Notes under the pieces: generated by a model
Database searches by the model: none
The model's input: only the letters and a program-made list of their open reading frames with translations
What the model was told of the DNA's origin: nothing
Origin: Azolla caroliniana
Lineage: Eukaryota; Plantae; Polypodiophyta
Assembly: GCA_043228905.1 (NCBI GenBank)
Contig: JBHGNT010000014.1
Location: forward strand, 434,001 to 498,000
DNA length: 64,000 bases
Direction of reading: 5' to 3'
Translations under genes and position numbers: made by a program
Shown here: piece after piece, positions 54,396 to 64,000 of the stretch
Position numbering within the stretch: position 1 is the stretch's first letter
Layout of the letters: each line of letters begins with the position of its first letter

Positions 54396-57300
54396 TTACT
54401 GTGCAGTCGAAGCGCGACGAGGCGTGGACGACGGTTCCAAACGGGGGGATGACACGGGCGTGGGCGTAGGCATGAGTGTGGGCGGGGGCGGTGGTAGTTG
54501 ATGGAAGGGCTTCATGCGAGACTGGTGAGCAAAGGTAGAGCGGTTGTTGGAGGCGCGGCGGAGCAGGTATGTAGTGTCGCGTATTTGCTTTTGAACTTTG
54601 AAGGGACCGATCCATCGGTGCATGAGCGATTCGCTGAGACCGCGACGACGGATGGGGAAGTAGACGAGGACTTTGTCACCGACGTGGTATTGATGGTCGA
54701 CACGGCCTATATCGTGTTGTCGTTTTTGGCGTAGTTGTGCCTGGTGCAGGTTGCTCGTGATGGCTTTGCGGAGGAGGGGCTGGAGTTGTTGTAGGTGGGA
54801 CCACCAAGACACTGCGTCAGCGTGGAGTCGTGTGGTTGGTTGCGGGACTGCCACTTCTGGGGGTAAGCGCGGGTCCCTTCCGTAAAGGGCCCGAAATGGG
54901 CTAATGCGGGTAGAGGCTTGCACAGTTGTGTTGTAGGCATGCGTAACGAAGGGCAAGATTCGGTCCCAGGTTGAGTGCAGCGGATCGATGTAGGCTGAGA
55001 TTTGTTGTTTTAAGGTTCGATTGAGGCGCTCCGTCAACCCATTCGTTTGCGGATGGTAGGGTGACGTGAATAACTGTTGGATTCCTATTTGTGTTGAAAC
55101 GAGGCGTAGGAGCTCACCGTTGAACTGGGGTCCTCGATCGGACAAGATTTGGAGTAGGCAACCGTGGGGGAAGATGATTTTCTCCAATAGTTTGGAGGCG
55201 ATGGTCATAGCCTTTGCATCTGGGATAGCGGCTGTCTCAGCCCAACGCGTCAAGTACTCGGTGATGACGAGGATGAATTTGTTCCCTCCTTGTGACTCGG
55301 GAAAGGGGCCCATAATGTCCCATCCGACGATTTCAAATGGAGCTTGAACTTGTATCGGATGTAAGAGGCCTTGAGCCACTTGAGGTGATTTGATGGCCTG
55401 ACATAAGTTGCATGCTTTGATGTAGGAGGCGACCTCGTGGCGTAGCCCAGGCCAATAGAATTTGCGACGAATTTTGTCGAGCACCTTATGAAAACCCAAG
55501 TGGCCGGACAACGGGTGATCGTGGAAGAAACGAAGGTAAGACTGGCGTAGTTGCTCAGGCACGTAGACTCGGGGTTCTTTGCCTACTTGACAAAAAAGTA
55601 GGACATTATCCTGGATCATGAATTGCTTGGTGAGGGATGATGTCGGTTCAGCTCGTAGGCGGTGGCAGATATCTTGGATTTGTTTGTCGTGTTGTTGCAT
55701 GTTGGCCATTTGGGACGAGGATATGGGGAAATTGATTGTGTTGGAGGTGATCTGGTTCGCCTGAAAGGATATGCGGGATAATCCATCGGCGACGATGTTT
55801 TGTGGACCATGGCGATAGCGCAGAGTGAATGTGTAATCCTGTAGCGCCAAAACCCAACGAAGTAAGCGGCCGGGTGGATGAGCCTTCTTTATGAGGGAGA
55901 GCAATGGCTGATGGTCGGTTTCGACTGATGTATTTGATCTGTGAAGGTATGGGTGGAAACGATGGAATGCCCAGACGATGGCGAGGAACTCTTTTTCAGT
56001 TGTCGAGTAATTTTGTTCGGCTTTGGTAAGTGACCGACTGATGTAGGCAATCGAGCGGAGTTGGTCGTTGTCGTCGGATTGGAGCAGGACCGCACCAAGG
56101 CCGACATTGGAGGCATCCGTCTACAGATGGAAAGGCTTCGTGAAATCAGGGTGGGCCAGGAGGTCAGAGGCTTGGAGTGTTCTCTTGAGCTGCAGGAAGC
56201 TGGATTCGCAGGCTTCGGTCCACAGGAAGGGTGCGTCTTTTTGTAGGAGCGCGCGTAGTGGGGCTGACAGGTCGGCTAGCCGTGGGATGAAACGAAGAGA
56301 GAACGTGAGGAGGCCGAGGAAGCGTTGAAGCTGCTTGACTGTGGTGGGGCGTGGGAATTTTTGGACTGCTTCTGTCTTCTCCGGGTCCATTTGTATTCCG
56401 TCGGAGGAGATGACGTACCCAAGGAAGCGGAGGCACGTACTACCCCATCGGCACTTCTTCCATTGCAGCTGCAATCGATAGCGTTGAACACAAGTTAGGA
56501 CCTCCCGAAGGACTTGAAGGTGTTCTGCCCAAGTGCTTGTATGTACCAGAATATCGTCTAGATAGACAATGACGACACGGCGGGTGATGAGATCATCAAA
56601 GATGGCATTAGCCATTCGCTGGAATGTGCTCCCCGCATCAGATAGGCCAAAGGGCATCCGTGTGAACTGAAAAATGCCTTTCCTAGTGCGGAATGCAGTT
56701 TTGTGGGCATCGTGAGGATTCATCGGGATCTGCCAATATCCCGAGGCTAGATCGAGGGAGGTGAAGTACTTTGATTTGCCAAGCTGGTCGAGGAGGTCAT
56801 CGATACGAGGGAGAGGGTATCAGTCATGGGTGGTGACATGGTTCAGTTGTCAGAAGTCGACACAAAAGCGGTAAGAACCATCCCCTTTCTTTACCATGTG
56901 TGGCTCCGAGATCCACTCGCTCTTGGAAGGTGTGATAATCCCTTGTTGGAGCATAGTTTTGACGGCGTTGTCGATGCGCTCGTGGTCGAGAGGCGAGCGA
57001 CGTCAGGGAGCTGCGTTGATGGGGCGGGCGTTGCCTGTAGGAATCGTGTGGTGAATCGGAAAACGGACCGAGGGAGGTTTTACAGGTGGTGTAGACAACG
57101 AGGGAAAGGTGGCGAGGAGCCGTCTGATGTCGTTGATGCGCTCCGCCGGTGATATCAGGTACTGTGTGTTGCTGATGTGGGTGGTATCCCGCGGAGTAGT
57201 GAAGAGCGCGATCGGAATGTGATTTGGGAGGATGAGCTGTTGTGCGGAGAAATCGAGACAGGCTCGACTATGGAGGAACCAATCACATCCCAAGGTGATT

Positions 57301-57680
57301 GGGAACAACTGGCGCGGGAGGACGTAGAAACAATGGTGGATCTGGGCGGAACTAATGGTGAGCATGCACCTGACTTGCGTATGTGAGTGGTACACCCGTT
57401 GTTGGTCGCCGAAGAGGATTTTAATGGGCGGTGCGTGGCTCGTGGGAAGTTGTAATTGGGTGACTAAATCTGCGCTGATGGAAGAGATGTTGTTGCCGGA
57501 GTTGAGGAGAACTTCTTGGGTCGTGTGCTGGAGGCGGGCGATTGTGGTACAAACGGGCGAAGTTGATGAAGTGGAGGCGTGGACGTGCGGGGGCGGCTCG
57601 ATCGTGGGAGAAACGGGAGAAGTTGAGGACGTGGAGACGTGGACGTGCGGGGGCGGCTCTCCCTGCGGCACCCCGCGCAT
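54396..57680 (-). pseudogene. pol: Ty3/gypsy Pol (PR-RT-RNaseH-IN), single frame with four premature stops
   Basis: LLNSG (protease D->N); RT DLASGYWQI, KTAF and YLDD; RNaseH TDAS and EKEFLAIVW; integrase HHCC, SDRGPQF and YHPQTNGLTER. Stops at ~57003, 56850, 56820 (TGA) and 56121 (TAG). Confidence 0.92.
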
Positions 57681-58630
57681 TAGTTTTCCGGGAGCTCAGA
57701 GAGGGAGGCAACGTCAGCCAATTGGACGTTCTGCTTCTGTTGGTGATTCTGCCACTTTCGGCAGTGACGCCGAATGTGGCCATAGTTGTTGCAGTAGAAA
57801 CATTTGGGGCGTCCCTGGCTGTCTCGTTCGGGCAATGCACGCTTGGCACGTAATTGCGCGTTCTGGATGTCGATGTCCATGGGAGTGACGACTGGTATAG
57901 TGTTTGTATGATCATGACTGAGATTACCTGGTGTGTGCATGTCGTGCGCGTCTGCAGCTTCGATGCGTTGGGCAGTGAGGATGGCTTCGTGTAGTGTCGT
58001 CGGGCCTTGATCGCGTACACGGCGGCGGAGGTCATGTCGTATACGCGGCCAGAAAAAAAACAACTTCATGTCCTCCGACATGTTGGCGTCAGCCCGGCGT
58101 AGGATCTGCACAAAACGAACCGCGAACTGGGTGATGGGTTCGCGTGGTTGTTGGGTAATTGACTCAAGTTGTTGTAGGGCCGTCTGGCGGGAGTCTTGAT
58201 GAGCAAAATTCCGAATCATGGCTGCCCGTAACAGATCCCAGTCGTTGCGTGTCTCTTCGGGTTGTTGTACAAGCCATGTTGCCGCGATATTCTCGAGGAG
58301 TGTCTTCATCTCCATTGCCTTCCGAGGGTGTGGCCACTGGTGGTAACTGGCCACCATTTCGAAATGATCCAGCCAAGAGAGGACGTCTTCCGATGGTAGG
58401 CCGGAGAACGGTTTTGGGCGAACTCGAGAGTCCGGGAGATTTTGTTGTGGCTCGGATCGTGCTGAAAGAAAGGACAACATGGCTTGGTTAGTATGGTTAA
58501 CTTGTAAAATGATGTTGGACAGAGCTTGAACCAGTTGGTCGATTGGCGATGTGGGCTGGTGTCCTTGATTGTGTTGTAGGAATTCCGGATTCATCGAGTT
58601 TGCGTTGCCGTCGTTGTTGTCGTGTTGCAT
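57680..58630 (-). CDS. gag: Ty3/gypsy Gag (316 aa, intact)
   Basis: PKPFSG...WL capsid-type motif, PMDID, and CCHC knuckle CFYCNNYGHIRRHC. Confidence 0.9.
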   Translation of the reverse strand: MQHDNNDGNANSMNPEFLQHNQGHQPTSPIDQLVQALSNIILQVNHTNQAMLSFLSARSEPQQNLPDSRVRPKPFSGLPSEDVLSWLDHFEMVASYHQWPHPRKAMEMKTLLENIAATWLVQQPEETRNDWDLLRAAMIRNFAHQDSRQTALQQLESITQQPREPITQFAVRFVQILRRADANMSEDMKLFFFWPRIRHDLRRRVRDQGPTTLHEAILTAQRIEAADAHDMHTPGNLSHDHTNTIPVVTPMDIDIQNAQLRAKRALPERDSQGRPKCFYCNNYGHIRRHCRKWQNHQQKQNVQLADVASLSELPEN

Positions 58631-60462
58631 CGTGGCGGGCGTTGTTGGGGTCGTGAGTTGGGGTGGCTTGGCCCGTCTTCTCCACCAAGATGTGAAATGC
58701 TCTCAAGAATAGCCTCCTTTTCATTATGTCTCAAGTTACATTTTATAGACTCTCTCTTAGCGTGGAGGGTGTTCTCCCGCTCCAATTAGCTCTACTAATT
58801 ATGGGGCTTGGTGGGGGCCTAGTTTGGGTGTGGTGCATGAGGCTTGGTAGGGGCCTAATTTGGGTGTGGTCTATGTGTGGTGCATGGGGCTTGGTAGGGG
58901 CCTAATCTAGGTGTGGTCCATGTGACCACCACAATATTAACAAGCAAATAGACACCAAAAACATGCATATACAAGTTAAATCCTATATTTAGTCCTTGGA
59001 CATATTTAAGGTGGGCATTAATCTCAATATCGGCATGTAACCTAAAGTCATCAACACAATGACTCGAAATAACCCATCCTCTATGGTTCAAGTCCCTGGT
59101 GATTATGCTCACGTTTCATACACGCACGTGTATCTTGGAGATAATGTGTCATTTATATGCCCATTAAAGATAATAATTATAGACAAGGCATTACATAGTA
59201 ACACGTATGAAAGCATCGGGGGCAAGACAAATCCACGAGATCTATAGCCAAACAAACAAACAAACAAACATCCAAGGCTATTTTTGATCTACCTATAATC
59301 AACTGACGAGGATGTCATGGCCATTTGGTAGATCATGTGTTTGTCATAATTGATCATTAAAATGATCCTTCATAGGTTTGATTTTGAGATTCTACACATT
59401 GATAGCTTAGAAATCACTTTCCACAACTCATAGTTGATAAACACTAAGGGGATTCTATAATGTTATGTTCATTGTAAAACATATTTATACTTAGTCTTTG
59501 AGATTATGCAAGACATTGTCTAATTGCAATGCTTTTGTGATGAACTTGGAGATGTCTTTACAAATTTAGATTATTATATCACGAACATGAATATGACCAT
59601 CAACACATCTAGAAGAAAATTAGGAACCATTTTTTTGTTGAATCAAGACTTTTTATTTTTGTCAATAAAAAATTGAACTTTCAAATGAGGTGTCTCGAAA
59701 CAATAGGTTGTTGTTTAGAGAGAAAACGGTAACAAAGAAAATGGAGGCCAACAAGTTTCTTTCAAGTGGAAACACGAAGATAAATAATAATAAAACGATG
59801 GAATCACACCTTATAAAATGCAAGAGAAACGAAGAGGACGGAGGTCCACTTCTCAACCTTCTTTCAAGTGGAAGCATGAACTTCGATAATAAAAAAAAGG
59901 TTAAAGTGGAGAAAAAGTAGCCAAGTTGTTGTGATCATAAGCAAAACCCATAGGATTGAAAGGGGCACGAGGTTGATCGATCCATCATTTTTGTGTGGAG
60001 GGTCAACCACCTGCCTAGACACAATTGGTAGGGCCTTTGAATGAATAAGTCAACGAGAGGTGTTTTTTGCAAGGCCAAAGATTGATGTGATCCATTAAGT
60101 GTGTAGGTGCCCAACATAATTGTACCAAATGATGGATAGATAATATGGGATACTTCACACACACAACTCAAGGCTAGTTCTCCTTGTTGAGAGTTTGTCT
60201 CGAGCTTCTCGCATCTTTAACGAACTAGCTTTTAGGTTTGTGGAACCAAGACATTTCTTTGATCCATCACACAAATGCAAACAGGGCGAGAAGCTGATAA
60301 TGAATGAATGATCTCAATCCTGGAATGGATTATAATACAAAGGACAAACTCTAGAATACCGTCGATGGTTTCTTTTATCTCCACAAATGCCATGTCCCCC
60401 CCTACTCAGCCCTAAAAACTAGGTGTGAATCCATGACACGTTTTTCTTTTATCTCAACAAAT

Positions 60463-60487
60463 GCCCCCCCCCCCCCCCCCCCCCCCC
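60463..60487. repeat. Poly-C tract
   Basis: Directly visible. Confidence 0.9.
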
Positions 60488-60989
60488 AAAACAAAACAAC
60501 TGGCTCTTGAATGAGAGAAACTGGGCATGTGAATCGAAGCTAATCGTTTCTTTTATTTCTCGGAATGCCCCTAGTGAATGCCAGAATGAGAGAAACATGG
60601 GGACAATCGAACCTAGTAGCTTTTCTCTTTATTGCCCTTGGCGAAACCCTAGAATGAGAGGAGAGACAATGCAAGATGGGCGAAAAATGGGGGTTTTCCT
60701 TATATTATTGGGAATGCCCCTTTCGGTCAGTCAATCATTCGGAACGGAGAGAAACAGAATCCGGGGATGAATCGGAGGAGATTGTAATCTGCTTTTCGGG
60801 GCCGGGGATCGATCGCGACGAGTGTCGGCTTTCGGTATATTCCCCCTTGTCATTGTCAATCCTTCTCTCTCTCTATCTCTCTCTCTCTCTCTCTTTCTCT
60901 CCATATAAGAAAGAATCCACCCAAATACATTGAATCTTGTCACAAACACACCAACACTCACACACACACAATTCATTCTGGTTGTGGTA

Positions 60990-63431
60990 ATGGCTGAAGA
61001 GATCATCTCTCTGACAGAGCTCCTTGCTCGCTCAGCCCAAACCCATGGTGATAACCCATCTCTCATCTCATCAGGAGGACCCAAGCTCACTCATGCCGGG
61101 CTTCAGGCCGCTGTCGATGCTGCCGCGGCTCAGCTCATCCGCGCGGGCGTGAAACCTGGGGATGTCGTGGCTCTCACCTTCCCCAATTCCATCCAGGTAA
61201 AATGTCTCCATAGATCCTCAGATAATTGTCATCTACTCATAGATCTATATACCTTCTTTTGTATATGGTTTTTTCATGTTCTGAACATGATGTACCGATG
61301 TTGGTTGCCTTAATTCATGATGGAATTTCCGATAATACGATTTACTCAGGATTTTTTCATGAGAATTTTTCAATACGCTTAGATGTTAGGGACACATGAC
61401 CCATATACTTAAAATATTTGCATAGATCAGAGGGGGAGATGGTTTTTCAGTATATGAATTTCATGACATAAATCTCAGTTCATAAATAAGGGGTACATGT
61501 GACCAATGTGCTAAAGCAGTCTTTCGGTATATATATATATATATATTCGTTTTTGTCCGGCTATTAAAGACGAAGAAGAAGAAGAAGAAGAAGATGGAGT
61601 GTGGGGATGGTGCATGATGATGACGGTGGTGCATAATGCATACTGATGATGATCCATGATGCATGGTGCATCATACACAAACAATGATTTTGCATATGTT
61701 GGTGATGATGGTGCATGATGATGACAATGTTTGTGCACATTGATTGCATCATGAATGATTTTATCATGCATGGTGATGCCGCTTCATGGCTTATTGCAGT
61801 TTATTGTGGCATTCCTAGCCGCCATACGAGCTCGTGCGGTAGCTGCACCATTAAATGCCGCATACACAGAGGAGGAATTTCTCTTCTATTTGGAAGATTC
61901 GAGTGCAGTGCTGGTAATTGTGCCGGCGAATGAAGGCAATCAAGCAGCCGAAGGTGCAGCCCAAAAGCTCAATCTCCCCATCATAGAAGCAAAATGGAAA
62001 GACTCCGATGATGGTGTGGATCTCTCATCAAAGTTCAAGGCGGAGTTCTCTTCGGAACCATGTGACATATCACAGGTCTTGAATCACATAGAAGATGAAG
62101 CTTTATTCCTTCACACATCAGGAACCACTAGCCGTCCCAAAGGGGTACCGTTGACCCAGATAAACTTATCAGCATCTGTACAACACATAGTAGAGGCATA
62201 TGAACTGGGGCCATCAGATAAGACTGTGATAATACTACCCCTCTTTCATGTTCATGGATTAATGGCCGCCTTACTCTCATCCTTAGTGGCTGGAGGAACA
62301 GTGGTTCTACCCAGTGCTGGACGTTTCTCGGCCACTAAATTTTGGGACGACATGAAAACATATGGTTCGACTTGGTACACGGCAGTGCCTACTGTTCATC
62401 AGATCTTGCTAGAAAGACATAAGGCCAAACCAGAGCCTAACTATCCGAGCCTCCGATTCATCCGCAGTTGCAGTGCTTCTCTGGCACCAGCTGTGCTCGA
62501 ACAATTGGAGGAAGCTTTCAGCGCTCCTGTGCTAGAGGCCTATGCAATGACAGAAGCTAGTCATCAAATGACATCTAATCCTTTGCCAAAATATGGTCCT
62601 CGCAAACCAGGATCGGTTGGCAAACCGACAGGAATTGAATTGGGGATCTTAGATGATAATGGCACATTGTTGCCCCCTACACAAGTAGGAGAGGTCTGCA
62701 TCCGAGGTTTGAATGTTACGAAGGGTTATAAGAACAATCCCGATGCAAACAAGGCGGCTTTCTTGTTTGGGTGGTTTCACACTGGAGACCGGGGATATTT
62801 GGACGAAGAAGGGTACTTATGCTTAACGGGCCGTATCAAAGAGTTGATCAATCGTGGAGGTTTGTATGTGAAATATTTTGTATATAGTTCTCCATGTTTA
62901 TGAAGGAGAATTTATTTATTTTATTCATGGTTTTTGTTGGGTTCAGGTGAAAAGATCTCTCCTTTAGAAATTGATGCTGTCCTCTTAGCTCATCCTGCTG
63001 TATCTCAAGCTGTTGCATTTTCTGCACCAGATGCAAAATATGGAGAAGAGGTGATTCTCCGATATTTTGTGGGTTGAGAAATCTTCTGTATTTTCTAGGG
63101 TCAGGCTTTAAGATTCTTCGATATATTTTAGGGTTCCTGGTTTAAGATACTTCGGCATTTCTAGGGTTTAGACTTTAAGATTAATAATTACACATTTTGA
63201 GAGGAAAAGTGTGGTTGACCATGGAAGGTGAATGCGGCCATCGTGCTGCATGAGGGAGCTTCCGCAACTGAGGATGATATCAAAGAATTCTGTAAGAAGA
63301 ATCTGGCTGCATTCAAAATCCCGAAGAAGATATTTTTCTCAAAGGATGTCCCAAGGACGCCGACGGGAAAGATTCAGCGACGGATTGTTGCCGAGCATTT
63401 CCTATCTGGTTCAAAGGCATCGGAAAAATAG
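60990..63431 (+). CDS. AAE3: Oxalate--CoA ligase (acyl-activating enzyme 3-like)
   Basis: Exons 60990-61196, 61800-62859, 62947-63050 and 63228-63431. Motifs: [74 protein letters not shown]. Confidence 0.93.
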
Positions 63432-64000
63432 TTCTCCAAGGTATATATACATATTATGATGGGTGTTTTGGTGTCCTCAATAACAAGAGAAGACAATAGT
63501 ATAGCATCCATTCAGTAGGGTATTTAGAGGTCATGAAAAATTAACTGATTGGTAGTTTTGGTTTAAGAAGCCCAACATTAGAAACCAATAGTTTTTGGGT
63601 TGTTAGCTAGCAAAGTCATGTTGTACGACCACATCTCAATGGGTGCCTGGTACATACAGTGTCTATCTGGCCTACAGTTTGCTTGTTTGAACCAACCATG
63701 TGAACATGCCCCTTGGTTGGAGGGAGCTTATGGAAGGGTAGTAGTATTGGTGCCATAGCTATGTGCACCCCTATGATAGATTGTTTTTTCAAATTGGCTT
63801 ATTTAATAAAGTGTATGCAGGCTGAGATCGAGATCATTGGGAGGTGATGTATAAGAAACTGGGGAATAATACAGACAACAGAAAGCCATCTTGGATGTCT
63901 GGTGGTTAATAATTATTTGCACACTTGTAGCTTTTTCAAAAACAATTTTTTACTTCCTAGTAAGGATTTTGTCCGACTTTTCCACTATATCCAGTATTGT

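Larger units (their letters stand above)
54130..58933 (-). mobile_element. Full-length young Ty3/gypsy LTR retrotransposon
   Basis: 243-bp LTRs at 58691-58933 and 54130-54372 with one mismatch, TG...CA termini and a 4-bp TSD ATAT. PBS TGGTGGAGA at ~58687-58679; PPT AAAGGGGAAT. Domain order gag, PR, RT, RH, IN. Confidence 0.97.

Noticed and set aside
54498-58491. Overlapping alternative-frame and antisense ORFs within the gypsy element
   Set aside because: Expected by-products of GC-rich coding DNA; no recognisable motifs.

Overview
AT-rich, intron- and microsatellite-rich land-plant nuclear DNA. It looks fern-like, which is an inference from gene style and repeats; the species cannot be fixed from the sequence. 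Six spliced host genes can be reconstructed by hand: a ~20-exon uncharacterised gene with a Par3/HAL-N-terminal-like domain (-), a STICHEL-like AAA+ gene (-), a small RPxRLGLGA-motif protein (+), a Bet1/SFT1-like Qc-SNARE (+), a YbaK/ProX-domain protein (-) and oxalate-CoA ligase AAE3 (+). Mobile DNA includes a solo LTR, a decayed L1-like LINE, hairpin MITE-like repeats, two truncated Ty1/copia copies forming a ~6 kb inverted repeat, and a young full-length GC-rich Ty3/gypsy element. The most unusual items are: (1) the gypsy element, whose features look atypical for plant lineages (4-bp TSD, tRNA-Ala-type PBS, likely -1 frameshift); (2) the copia palindrome with an apparent gene-conversion tract; (3) the Par3/HAL-N-domain gene. 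Exon boundaries were read by eye and no database searches were run.
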